Shown piece by piece: positions 11,021-24,071 of a stretch of 64,000 bases of DNA. Positions within the stretch are counted from its first letter, which is position 1; each line of letters starts with the position of its first letter. The translations under genes and the position numbers were made by a program. Source of the DNA: Octopus sinensis (taxonomy: Eukaryota). The stretch lies in the NCBI RefSeq assembly GCF_006345805.1, contig NC_042997.1, positions 167,028,001-167,092,000 of the forward strand. The letters are read 5' to 3'. Under the pieces are notes generated by a model. It made no database searches, had not been told where the DNA came from, and saw only the letters and a list, made by a program, of their open reading frames with translations.

Positions 11021-11694
11021 ATATATATATATATATAATATACATATATGATCATCATTGCAGTAGTTCCCAAAGGCGGAGTTCCAGTCTTTCTATGAAC
11101 TGCTAGAGAGTATATGTATACTATACTAGTGTCATAGGCGAGCCTGTATAAATGTTTCAATTCCCCGCAGTAGCTGTTTCAACTCAAATGCTTCATTCAA
11201 AAAAATGTTTCTCAATAAAGCATGAATACCAAAGTTCATCCCCTTTCTATACCTATCTGGAGAAGGCAACGTAAGCCTCTTCACCAATAATGCCTCTGTA
11301 ATCTTAACCAGATATCAGTTCTACTTACTAACTATAGATGAAAATACTTATTTTAAAATATAACTACTGTCAATTTATTTAATAACAGATGCTGGTGTTT
11401 GTAAGATTCATAAGTAACATAATTGCTGTCAATGTATTAAAAACAGAAGCTGGTGTGTGTAACATTCTTAAGTAGCTTAATTGCTCTTGGCTAACCTGAT
11501 ATAATTATTTATGAACATCTGGACAAGTTGACTTTGTTACCATCTGTTAACACGAATGACACTGGAATATGTTGATAACTTCTGTTAACCTGGTAATATT
11601 GTCATTTGCGGTTAACATCTGTCAACTGAGTGATGCTATTGTATATAACTAACATATGGAAATTCTGTTCTGATTAAGCTATATTCTGTACACA

Positions 11695-11789
<95 letters not shown>

Positions 11790-12247
11790 TAAAGCTGGTG
11801 GTGACAGTTGTCATTCATATACATTCGTATATCATAAAACTTGTCTTTTAAAGAAACTATCCACTTATAATTCATAAGTATGTGTTTAAAGATAATCCTA
11901 CTAATCTTATAAGTATTTGCCTTAGAATAGCAGTAGGTAAGCAGAATAATAATTGCGTCTTGATTTTGCAGCGTCACTTGTGCCATTTAACCATTCCTAA
12001 TGTGTCTGGAAACAATAGATGCCGTAGATTATTTAGAAATAATTGGCTGAGGTCTATTTGGAAAATAGAGATCGTAAAAAAATGCATGATATGCATAACA
12101 AAAACAACATTGATAGTTTTCTTTGTTGAGTTCGTCAGAAGGCTAGAGTCTGTGACCAGAAGGCGAAGAGCTGGGACAAATAGCGAGAAACTGTACTGGA
12201 TCAGACCGGTCCAACCTATAACAGCATGGAGAAAAACGTACGTAAAC

Positions 12248-12326
<79 letters not shown>

Positions 12327-12333
12327 CATGATG

Positions 12334-12374
<41 letters not shown>

Positions 12375-12422
12375 GGTGGTGTTGGTGTTGGTGTTGATGT
12401 TGGTGTTGATGTTGGTGGTGGT
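12248..12422. repeat. (GAT)n-(CAT)n-(GGT/GTT)n triplet array after an RTE/SINE-type 3' tail
   Basis: CCGGTCCAACCTATAACAGCATGG...AAACTGATGATG tail followed by the array; source of the poly-H/D/M ORFs. Confidence 0.85.
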
Positions 12423-12690
12423 AGAATTTGCATAGACTTAGCGACGGAAATACCATAGAACCTGTTCACTGTAATTCATTTAAAGGGAACTTTCATCTCA
12501 TGACGGCGACGTAAATGATTATAATTTTTCTAAGTTAGGCACAAGACCAGTAATTTTGAGGAAGGGGTTTTGAGGGGTGATGAGGATTTTGATAACCACG
12601 GGGATCCCAAGCGACCACATTTCACCGAATTTACATCTGCATTGAACACTTGCCCATATTGTTACCAAGTAGGTGATTATCATTATTTAA

Positions 12691-13085
12691 GGCGACAAGC
12701 CGGTAGAAACGTTAGCACGCCGGGCGAAATGTGTTGCCGTATTTCGTCTGCCGTTACGTTCTGAGTTCAAATCCGCCGAGGTCGACTTTGCCTTTCATCC
12801 TTTCGGGGTCGATTAAGTAAGTACCAGTTACGCACTGGAGTCGATGTAATCGACTTAATCCGTTTGTCTGTACTTGTTTGTCCTCTCTGTGTTTAGCCCC
12901 TTGCTGGTAGTAAAGAAATAGGTATTTCGCCCGTCGGTACGTTCTGAGTTCAAATTCTGTCGAGGTCGACTTTGATTTTCATCCTTTCGGGGTCAATAAA
13001 TTAAGCACTAGTGAAACACTGGGGTCCATGTAAGCGACTAGTCCCTTCCTCCAAATTTCAGGCGTTGTGCCTATAGTAGAAAGGA
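12691..13085 (+). mobile_element. Dimeric Nin-domain SINE
   Basis: Same head and twice-repeated core as 4372. Confidence 0.85.
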
Positions 13086-13359
13086 ATTATATGTTTAGCT
13101 TTTGCTTTGTACTTGCACAAGTTGACTCCAAATCTCACCCAGAGACCTCAAGAGACAACACGTTAGAAGTTCAAGTCGGTGTTATGACTAAGGTGCCGTA
13201 TTGTTGATTTCGCACAGAGTATTATTCTAGAGAGTCAAAACATAAAAAATTAAAAGTTTGTTCTAAAACTAATTTGATGCTAAGATGATAGTGTGATTTT
13301 AAAAATATGGTAGAAGGCATTTGCTATTATGTACATGTAGAAGTAATTTTGGTGTATTA

Positions 13360-13544
13360 AAATGCTTTGCAGTATTTCTTCCAGCCTTACGCTGAGCTCA
13401 AATTCTATCAAAGTCGACTTTGCCTTTCGTCCTTTCGACGTCGATGAAATAAGTACCGATTGAGCACTAGGGTCGGTGTAATCGACTAAACTCTCCCATC
13501 AAAATTTCAGGCCTTGTGCCTGTTGTAGAAAGGAACAGTAAAAA

Positions 13545-13582
<38 letters not shown>

Positions 13583-13785
13583 AGACGACGAGCTGGCAGA
13601 ATCGTTAGCTCGCTGGACGAAATGCTTAGCAGCATTTCCTCCATCTTAATGTTATGAGTTCAAATTTAACCGAGGTCGACCTTGCTGTTCATCCTTTCGG
13701 GGTCGATAAATTAAGTACCAGTGAAACACTGGGAGTCGATGTAATCGACTCATCACCTCCCCCAAAATGGCTGCCCTTGTGGCAA
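13360..13785 (+). mobile_element. Two Nin-domain SINE copies separated by (TTA)n
   Basis: GTCGACTTTGCCTTTC...GTCGAT core near 13413 and 13675. Confidence 0.75.
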
Positions 13786-13789
13786 ATCA

Positions 13790-13890
<101 letters not shown>

Positions 13891-13897
13891 GGTGGTG

Positions 13898-13932
<35 letters not shown>

Positions 13933-14889
13933 CGTGGGGAGATTCGCTAGAACTTTAATCGGTACAGCTATGACAACACCAGGATACAAATCACTAACAT
14001 TCAGCCAATTTTTCCAAATGCAATTCATTGCAATTAACAAAATCCATTAATATGAACTAAAAGAGTAGCCTTTCAGTAGTCGATTGATCTGATGGAAATA
14101 GCAGCTAAATCTCCCTCAAAATACTTTACTGTATTTGATAATGTTGTCCAAGTTTCTTTCTACCTTAAAAACAAGAAAGGATGAGTACAGCTGAAATAAC
14201 TTTGATCATTTAACTGCTCCAAGAACGCTGACTGGGGCTAAACAACACAACCAACAAAAGATAATTTGATAATTAATTCTGGATATATAGTATATCATCA
14301 TATGTAAAATATTGCTTAAAGAAATTGTAAAATCAAATCTACTGCTTATATATATATATAATTAAGATAAGTTTCTTATTGGTAGACATAGACTGTTTTA
14401 TCAACATCGAAATCGAAACGTAATTAATAGACTTGTGTTTACAATTTTCACCAATTCTGTTTGAAACGATAAAATCTTGTTTCTTTTGATAAGCACGGTT
14501 TATGATTTATTGAATTCAAAGTTTTAATTGCGGAAATAGAAGTTCTAAAAGTTAGCTTACGTTTAGTTAATTGTATATTTACGTTCTTAATAATTAATTT
14601 AGAAGATGTCAGTAAATGAGATGTTAAATATTGTGTTTCCAGTTTGAAATTAATGATAGTGCCACACCATAAACAGTCTTGTTAACTGGAACAGTTGTTA
14701 GCTATTAAAAAACTTGGAAAAGTTACATTTGTTATTCACATACAGAGATATTGCCTCAGATGTCATTTCTTCAAACTCAAACAACATGTTTAAAATGAAG
14801 ACAACATACTCTAAGTTATAATTTCGGAAACTTTACACTAGCGCCTTTAATATTGGCTAAGTATAAATTATTATTAATATATTCCATGT

Positions 14890-15070
14890 GTGGCAAGCTG
14901 GCAGAATCATTAGCACACCTGGCAAAATGCTTTGCGGCATTTCGTCTGTCTTCACGTTCTGCTGCGGTCGACTTTGCCTTTCATCCTTTCGAGGTCGATA
15001 AAATATGTGCCTGTTGAATACCTCCTACCTCTCTCTTGAAATTGCTGGCATTGTAACCGAAATTCGAAGC
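14890..15070 (+). mobile_element. Degenerate Nin-domain SINE
   Basis: GCTGGCAGAATCATTAGCAC head plus core. Confidence 0.7.
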
Positions 15071-15796
15071 CAATATATTCAATATCGTTTTTAAAATTTC
15101 TACTTCCGAAATCATTAATATAGCTGTTCTCTAATTACGATACTTGTTTAATGTAGTAGCCAGATATCTTCCAACAAATTTTATACTGACGTAAAAATAA
15201 GATCACACTTTGTAAATCTTAAGTATTAGGACGATATCCAATAATAAAGATAGAATGACTTAGAATAGAATGAAAAACGAAACGATCAATCCACTACTTG
15301 TGCGTCAAAAATAATCTTACATAATTTCGATTGAAACAATCCAGCAACAACAATGTCTGCTGGAGATATATCGTCACTACAAACAGAGTTGAATGCGCAA
15401 TTTCTCTATATTTTCTCAAGGATATTGAGTAGAACCTTATTTCATGGGTAATTTCCTATGAGGATATAGATACAAATATTGGAAATTGTAAGGTGACACC
15501 GATACTCTAACGTCGGATTTCTGTCATTTGGTACAGTATTTCGATATGGATTTGTTTACGTAAAAGTTGTATTGAATATAGTATCATAATATGAATATGA
15601 GATCAAAGTGTAGCATGATGAACGTGATACTTTAAAGTATCGCAACTAACGTTATATCGCAACTAACAGGCAATATATTACAGTGGTGTAATAGAAAATA
15701 TCATAGTTGCTGATATAGTGACACATAGATAAAAATGAAGAGTACTGTAATAACGATATGCTTATATAAAATAAGCAAGACAATAAAATAAACATA

Positions 15797-16340
15797 GGCG
15801 TATGCGTGACTGTGTGGTGAGAAGATTGCTTCCGAACCACATGGCTCCGGGTTCAGTCCCACTGCGTGGCACCTTGGGCCGACCAAAACCTTGTAAGTGG
15901 ATTTGGTAGACGGAAGCAGAAAGAAACCCGTCGTGTGTGTGTATATATATATATATATTCGCCATGATAGATCGCTAGCCATTAGACACATTTTTTTCTC
16001 CTTGTTTCTCCCCTTGTCTCTTTCTGTGTTCATTTCTGTGGAAGAGCGTAGGCTCGAAACGTTAAAGACTTTTTCAATTCCCGAGCGTTATACTAATACA
16101 TCTGTTTGTTTTCTACACCACCTGTCTCCCCTATATATATATATATAAATAGATATATCGTACCATCGATTGATAAGCGATGTTGGTGTGTTTAAGTCCC
16201 CATAACTTAGCGGTTCGGCAAAAGAGACCAATAAAATAAGTACCAGGCTTACAAAGAATAAGTCCTGGGGTCGATTTGGTCGATTAAAGGCGGTACTTCA
16301 GCATGGCTACTGTGAAATAACTGAAACAAGTAAAAGAATA
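15797..16340 (+). mobile_element. SINE family B interrupted by an HHR insert in its internal TA tract
   Basis: Head 15797-15935; tail 16175-16340 (GGGGTCGATTTG...GAAACAAGTAAAAGA). Confidence 0.75.
15958..16132 (+). mobile_element. Short HHR-bearing insert, family A copy 1
   Basis: CTGTGGA-AGAGCGTAGGCTC-GAAACGTT-AAAGA at 16036-16068; homologous to 35833 and 60040. Confidence 0.75.
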
Positions 16341-17384
16341 TGGACATGGTACTGAAAGAGAATATATATCGGATTACATGGATTGGTTAATAGCAGGCAT
16401 TAATACGAAAACAACGATCATTTTTTATGTTGCTGCTACAGTGTGTAGGCAAAATAACTGTCACCGCTAAACTAATGCTTATAGTTAACAAGAATCTCAA
16501 CAAGATATAGACAACACTAATAAATAAAATTAAATTAAAACCAAAATTCTATTTTCATTTTTAAGAAAGAAAAAAATAGCCCTTTTCTCTTCTTTTAGAC
16601 GTGATCAGAAATATGAAACGAAACAAAACACCATTTTCCTGATTTCCTCACTGGTTTAGACATTAAATATTTCATTAATGGTAGCTTTAAGATAACTTAA
16701 CCGACAGGTTTACAAGTAACATACTCACAAGATATACCACTGTTCTACATACGCTCGCTCACCATCTGGCAAGATGAGAACTTTTGACATGCATAACTTA
16801 AGATTAAGTGTTTAAGTGTTCGCGTGTTTTATAATAATTTTATTTTACTTTTGCATGCATTTTAATCATTGCTAGTTTATGGGTGAAGTTACATAAAGTT
16901 ACAAAAGTATTTCCTTTCATCTAATGTTCTCAAAAGAGATTATATTTTGAATGGGACAGGGTTAATTCTAACATCTAACATTTCCGTTTGCAACAGAACT
17001 AATGGTTGCTATGATGTTTCTGAGAACATCGATCACACATGACAACCTTGTTTTAGGAGAGTGGACGGGTAGTGATTACGTATTATTGATCGTTGACGTG
17101 GGAATCGATAGTATTGTTATTGTTGCTGAAGTTGTTCAGTGTTCCCATTTTTGCGAGCGTTTCTCTACCTCTCTTATATATATCTCTCATACCTTACATA
17201 ACCAGTGTGGCTGCTACATCACATCGTAATATTTATCAAATAACTATACGTAAGGTGCATCCATTCAAAGCAACTGCAACTAAACAAAATTAAACACTTG
17301 TTTAGTTTAATATATTTTTTTGTTGATTAGATAGATGCAAACTGCCCGTCTTGTAAGTTTTTACTGAAGTGCGTTTCACCTAGT

Positions 17385-17555
17385 TTTCTAGCTCTGGCCA
17401 TTTTGTCGTTATTCCAGGTTAGTCTGTTGTGTCTGGGGAGAGTCATTTTCTTTTTGTGCCTTATAATTTAACACACTCACGGGTAAAATTTCCACTTATA
17501 CCTTATTTTTATTTTTCTAAAATTTTCGTTGCGCCTTGCAACCTTTTCAATAGTC
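17385..17555 (+). mobile_element. Possible Helitron-like non-autonomous 3' end
   Basis: Hairpin GTTGC-GCCTT-GCAAC shortly before a CAATAGT terminus; weak evidence. Confidence 0.3.
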
Positions 17556-18849
17556 TTGACTCTGTGCGTTATTTACACTGCGTTCCTTTTTGTTTGTTTA
17601 TGCGCATGTGTGTGTATGTGTGTGTGCGTGTGTGCCTATTCATGCATGCATAGGCACACACAGAGCTTGTAAAATTAATTCAACTAATTGCAAAGATGTG
17701 TTGTCGCAACAAGTTTTCTGACTGGATCAAGAAGCACTTTCGTTACTATGTGAATCTCAATTTGTGTTTTAAATATTGTTTTGGGTTTGTAAATCTCAAA
17801 GTTTTTAAGTTCATGCCAGTGTTGTTTCTATCGTATTTTTTTTTTAATGTTTAATATTAATGAATTTAAATGTGGTGTTCTCGAGTAATTCAGCCACAAA
17901 GTTTCCTATTTTATTAACATCATTGGTTTTCCACCAACATTTCAATATTCTTCTCACCTACAGTTTCTTGTGTGCTGAAAGTTCACAAGGTGTTATTTTC
18001 ATAAACACGTTGGCTATTTCATATAATTATCTGTATCGACTTGGATTTTACTGCCAGTTTCTTCAATTCCTAATTTTTTATTAGGAAGATGGTGAACTGG
18101 CAGAGAAGTAAGTTTTTCTTCCGGCTTTTTACGCACTGAGCTGAAATCTCGCTGAGGACCACTTTGACTTTTACCCTTTCGGAGTCAATAAAATATATTA
18201 CCCGTCAAGTACAAGGGTCAACATCGACTTGTTCCCTTCCCTGAAAATTGCTGACCTGTGCCATAAATAGAAACAATAATTTTCTAGTATGGAATATATT
18301 CAAATTTTTTTCTAAACATTTTCATGTCTTTGGTTCTTTTGCATCGGTGAGGCAAAAGTTCATTGGTTGCTGCAGTAGAAAAGAGTACAACATGTTAATG
18401 ACTTATCTAACCTCAGACAGGAGGCCTGATCCAACTACTAATAACTTGAAATCTCCGCTAGAAAACTCAAAGAACTAGAATGTGGTGTTAAATCGAACTA
18501 CGGGTCAATTAATCCTCCTCCTAAGAACGGGTACAACCCATCAATACACCTTGAATGTACTCAGTTGCACACACAACGCCTGGATGAAACCGAGGTATGG
18601 TTGAAGACACTTGCCGATAGATTGGTGGAGTTGGGAACCACGTCTCTGTGAAGTGAGATTATTAACCATGCAGTCATGTTCTGTTTTATTGTTCTTTGTT
18701 ACTATTATTGTATAATAACATATATTCTGGAGATTGATGTGAAATTTACCCAAGGAAACTGCTTTAAAATTATTATTTAGGCCGTGTGCTAATTTCCATG
18801 ATCTCTTTGAATATAAGTCGCCATTATTTACAGGGAGAGAAACAGGGGC

Positions 18850-19030
18850 ACATTGGGCAAAATATGGCATTTCCTCCGACACTATGTTTTGAGTTCAAAT
18901 TCCGCAGAGATCGATTTTGCTGTTCATCCTTTCGGGGTCGATAAAATAAGTACCAGTAGACTATCGAGTTTGACGTAATCGTCTTGTACCCAACTCCACT
19001 AAATTTGCTGGCCTTGTGTCAAAGTTTGAA
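18850..19030 (+). mobile_element. Degenerate Nin-domain SINE
   Basis: GAGTTCAAATTCCG...CATCCTTTCGGGGTCGATAAAATAAGTACCAG. Confidence 0.7.
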
Positions 19031-19304
19031 AGTGTTATTTACAGAGACATTATAGTATTTGTTCTTTCACTGCTTTTAGTCGCGGAACTCTGACCATACT
19101 AGGGCAACTTTTCAATAGTATCGATTATTTCACCCTAGTACTTCACCGATACTAAATTCATCGACCTAAAAAATGAAAAGTATAATCATACTCGATAGGA
19201 TTTTAATTCTTTTTACAATTTATATTTTTTACAGATAGCAACATTACGCATCTTACAACAATGGCTTTCCTTTTCGTGTGGTTTATATTTATGTGCTCTA
19301 GTAT

Positions 19305-19715
19305 ATATTTCTTCACTGCCCACAAGGGGCTAAACATAGAGGGGACAAACAAGGACAGACAAACGGATTAAGCCGATTACATCGACCCCAGTGCAAAACT
19401 GGTACTTTATCGACCCCGAAAGGATGAAAGGCAAAGTCGACCTCGGCAGAATTTGAACTCAGAACGTAACGACAGACGAAATACTTATTTCTTTATTACT
19501 CACAAGGGGCTAAACACAGAGGAGACAAACAAGGTCAGACAAACGGATTAAGTCGATTGCACCAACCCCAGGGCGCAACTGGTACTTAATTTATCGACCC
19601 CGAAAGGATGAAAGGCAAAGTCAACCTCGGCGGAATTTGAACTCAGAACGTAACGGCAGACGAAATACTGCTAAGCATTTCGCCCAGCGCGCTAACGTTT
19701 CTGCCAGCTCGATGC
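19305..19715 (-). mobile_element. Dimeric Nin-domain SINE
   Basis: Reverse complement of the 4372 family, core twice. Confidence 0.85.
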
Positions 19716-19831
19716 CTTCATATGTGCTCTAGTATAGTCGTCACCACATGTACTATAATCTTTTAAGCCTTACTCTGGCTTTTCTATTTATAACATCTGA
19801 TATATTCTCGGAATATCCTCAGTATATTCTG

Positions 19832-19871
<40 letters not shown>

Positions 19872-20108
19872 GGGTAAAAATTGATATTTATCAATTAGAA
19901 CCAGTGGTCTAGCATATTAAAGAAAGAATCCGAAGATTAAAATATTTATATATACCAATTAAGGACTGAACACGAAAAGTGGACAGTCAACATGCTAGAT
20001 ATAGACGTCAAATCGCCATTCTCCACAAAAAGTCTATGTTCTCAGATCAAACTCAACACCAAACCAAAACAATAAACAAGTGAAAAATATACGAAATAAA
20101 ATATTTAC

Positions 20109-20174
20109 CCATGTACTAAATTTAGTTTCGGCTGTTATTTTCCGCAAGGAAAAGTGCAGCCATCATCAGCATGG
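20109..20174 (-). ncRNA. Type I hammerhead ribozyme
   Basis: Minus strand: CCATG-CTGATGA-T-GGCTG...CAGCC-GAAA-CTAAATTTAG-TA-CATGG; all three stems and the GUA site are intact. Confidence 0.9.
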
Positions 20175-20394
20175 TCCCATATAAAATGTAATTTGCTGTA
20201 CTAAATGCCAACACGATACCGAAATAACGCGTGCATGGAGTACGGCCTATTACATTTGAAATATATATTTCAAATGTCTTTATTTTGGCGCGATGAGACC
20301 CGAGAAAACTAGCCTGCAGCTAATAGTTAGCAGCAGTTAATTTATCGGTTAGAGAACAAATATTTATATAAAATTAAATTAAGGGTAAAAATTG

Positions 20395-20456
20395 ATGCTG
20401 ATGATGGCTGCACTTTTCCTTGCGGAAAATAACAGCCGAAACTAAATTTAGTACAT
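20395..20456 (+). ncRNA. Inverted copy of type I hammerhead (stem I shortened to 3 bp)
   Basis: ATG-CTGATGA(20398-404)...GAAA(20438-41)...GTA-CAT. Confidence 0.75.
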
Positions 20457-20609
20457 GGGTAAATATTTATTTCGTATATCTTTCACTTGTTTATTGTTTT
20501 GGTTTGGTGTTGAGTTTGATCTGAGAACATAGACTTTTTGTGGAGAATGGCGATTTGACGTCTATATCTAACATGTTGACTGTCCACTTTTCGTGTTCAG
20601 TCCTTAATT

Positions 20610-20655
<46 letters not shown>

Positions 20656-21713
20656 TTACAGAATTTTTACACCCGTGATTTTCCATACTTTCTGTATTTA
20701 TATGTTGCCGTAAAACCTTTCTACATTTCACTGTAGCCTTTCAAAGCTGGACTATAAACTTCCTATACTGCACTATGCCTTTTTCTGTTTGCACACGGGA
20801 TATAGTTTCGAAATATCCTCAGTACGTGTCTTGTGAAATTTTTACAAGCATGCTTGTTTGAATATTCCGTAGTTTTCTTTTTATAGTAAAGCTGGCATGT
20901 TCTCTTTCTTATATATATATTAGTGAAGCATTTCTGCCTCTATCAGGTCACTGACAACTTCCGCTTTCTTCTTACATATGCACCACATTTTGTAACCTTT
21001 GTGCATTAGGTCCAAAGTACACATTCCTATATCTAATTCGGGAAGAACAAGAAGTTATTTTTTCCTTTGGTTCTATTTTCCATGTTTATTTCTAGAAAAC
21101 GTGTGTTGTATGGGTATTTCGTTTTGAGTACGTTATGAGTAGTTTTGTATATGTACACGCTTGTTTATATGAGACATAAAGGTTTCAATGTATAACATCT
21201 GCATAAGGTACATGTATACTAGTGAAAGCTTAATAAAGTCTAAAAATAATACATCTATCACTAAAACAAGGATTTTTTTCTTATGCAGAGTCTTATTTTT
21301 GCATCTTCTTTTGCCAGTTTAACATGATGTATCTGACTGTTTGCACCAAGCAGAGAGATAACAGACGACGTCAATCAGACTTTATCGTCATCATCATCAT
21401 CATCATCATCATCATCAACTGAATTCTAGCGCATCGTTTCCTTGGCTTCTAAAATCTAGCATTATCTTTTAATAAGAATGGCAGAATCAATATATCGTCG
21501 ACCAAATTTCTTCACAGTAATTAGAAATAAAACTTTACATTCTAAGTTAAGATCCCACGCATGTCAATTTTTGCCATTCAAGATTCCGAGTTGGTAAAAT
21601 AAAATATTAATGAACAACTAGGGGCAATACTATCGAATATACCCCGACACTTAATTTGCAGTATTGAGCCTACATTCAACACTATTCCTTCTTTAATATG
21701 TCTGTCAGGTAGA

Positions 21714-22135
21714 AGGCGGCGAGCAGGCAGAATCGTTAGCACAGCGGACGAAATGCTTAGCGGCATTTCGTCTGCCGTTACGTTCTGAGTTCAAATTCCG
21801 CCGAGGTTGACTTTGCCTTTCATCCATTCAGAGTCGATAAATTAAGTACCAGTTACGCACTAGGGTCGATATAATCGACGTAATCCGTTTGTCTGCCCTT
21901 GTTTGTCCTCTCTGTGTTTAGCCCCTTGTGGGTAGTAAAGAAATAGGTATTTCGTCTGCCGCTTAGTTCTGAGTTCAAATTCCGCCGAGGTTGACTTTGC
22001 CTTTCATCCTTTCGGGGTCGATAAATTAAGTACCAGTGACACACTGGGGGTCGATATAATCGACGTAATCCGTTTGTCTGCCCTTGCTTGCCCTCTCTGT
22101 GTTTAGCCCGTTGTGGGCAGTAAGGAAATAAGAAA
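21714..22135 (+). mobile_element. Dimeric Nin-domain SINE
   Basis: Same family as 4372. Confidence 0.85.
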
Positions 22136-22175
22136 TAAGGAGAGATCAGCTTGAAGGAAACGCCTAGAGAGATAG

Positions 22176-22292
<117 letters not shown>

Positions 22293-23099
22293 GAGGCAGA
22301 GAAATAGAGAACGTGAGGGAAAGTGACAGAGAGAGATAGAGACAGAGGAAAAGAGAGAGAATCAGGGAAAACTGTTGTAGTTTAAGGACCTTTCTCTCTC
22401 TTCTAGGCGCTCGATATGTTTTGAATGAAATGCATTTGAATAAGAAACATTTGATATTATTTGCAGAAGTTCAGCTTACAATGTTTGCAATCTTTCTGAA
22501 CAAATTAAAGCTAAATAAAGCGTTTCTTTACAGTTCAATTAATCCCCCAGCGTATTATTTCGAAAGGGAACATCAAGGAAAACATTTTACTCGTTAATTG
22601 AAATCAACGAGCGTTTGTAATTAGAAAATAGAAATTTACTGTTTATTGATGTTATTTTTTTTTAATTATCTATTTGATTAAATTTTAATTTCTTTTAGTT
22701 ACATTTTGTTTCCATCTTCATAATAATTTCTACATAAATCTTCTTTGATATGCACGAAAAGACGGTCAACTGCATTCTGTGTCACGAGAGAATTGACGCC
22801 AATAAGAATGTTGCAGCCCCTTAATACTTTTGCTGCTGCTACTACTACTACTACTACTACTGCCACCACTGCCGCTGCAAATGATTATTATGGTATTTAA
22901 TTTAGACACAAGGGTTGAAATTTTGAAAAGCAATTTAGTAGATACCATTTGAGTGGTATTTCATTTTATCGTCCCAGGATAAATGAAAGGTAACATTGTT
23001 TTCGCTTGTATTTGAACTCTAAACGAAAGAAATACTACTCAAAGGATTCCTCCAACTCATCGCCCGTCTGCAAAAGAGAATGGTTTCAAATTTTGCCAC

Positions 23100-23591
23100 A
23101 TGATACTTATTGTATCGACCCCGAAAGGAAGAAAGACAAATTTGACCTCGGCGGAATTTGAACTGGGAATGTAGCGACGGGCGAAATACCTATTTCTTTA
23201 TTTCCCACAAGGGGCTAAACACAGAGAGGACAAACAAGGACAGACAAACAGATTAAGTCGATTATATCGACACCAGTGCGTAACTAGTACTTATATAACC
23301 GACCCCGATAGGATGAAAGGCAAAGTCGACCTCGGCGGAATTTGAACTCAGAACGCACCGGCAATGGAATGCCTATTTCTTTACTACTCACAAGGGGCTA
23401 AACACAGAGGGGACAAACAAGGACAGATAAAGGAATTAAGTCGATTACATCGACCGCAGTGCGTAACTGGTACTTAATTTATCGACCCCGAAAGGATGAA
23501 AGGCAAAGTCGACCTCGGCAGAATTTGAACTCAGACGAAATACCGCTTAGTATTTCGCCTGGTGTGCTAACGATTCTGTCCGCTCGCCGCC

Positions 23592-23592
<1 letters not shown>
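23100..23592 (-). mobile_element. Trimeric Nin-domain SINE array
   Basis: Three GACCCCGAAAGGATGAAAGGCAAAGTCGACC-like cores near 23117, 23301 and 23484. Confidence 0.8.
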
Positions 23593-23658
<66 letters not shown>

Positions 23659-23704
23659 TTCTATATATATTTTATATATGAAGTGGATTGACAAATTTAT
23701 TTTT

Positions 23705-23745
23705 TGAACCAGTTGAAGACACACGAGATGTCGAAATATCGTTCA
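23705..23745 (+). ncRNA. Minimal hammerhead-like motif (variant or decayed core)
   Basis: TGAAC-CAGTTGA-A-GACA.CACGAGA.TGTC-GAAA-TA-TC-GTTCA: 5-bp stem I, 4-bp stem II, palindromic ATAT stem III. Confidence 0.55.
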
Positions 23746-23978
23746 TTAGATAACAATGGCATTCTTCTTGTATATATATATATATATATACAAGTATATA
23801 TATTTATATATATATATAATATCAGTCGTTTAAATTTTTTTAAATTATATAAGCGTTTGTCGATGTCAATAATTGAGGTTTTATGTTCGGGATGTTTTTC
23901 GTTATGTTTATCACGAAATAATGAGATAAGTATTCACTGCACGGAAAAAAAGGCTCCCGAATATATATATGTATATAT

Positions 23979-24071
<93 letters not shown>

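Larger units (their letters stand above)
19861..20617 (-). mobile_element. ORF-less retrozyme-like element: 511-nt unit, partial tandem, inverted segment
   Basis: AAATTAAGGGTAAAAATTGAT at 19865-85 and 20376-96; 20395-20617 is the reverse complement of 19948-20172; TA tracts on both sides. Confidence 0.8.

Noticed and set aside
11974-12456. Poly-His/Asp ORF resembling a metal-binding protein; similar poly-D/M ORFs at 27596-28160
   Set aside because: Derived from triplet repeats at retroposon tails; no domain or splice support.
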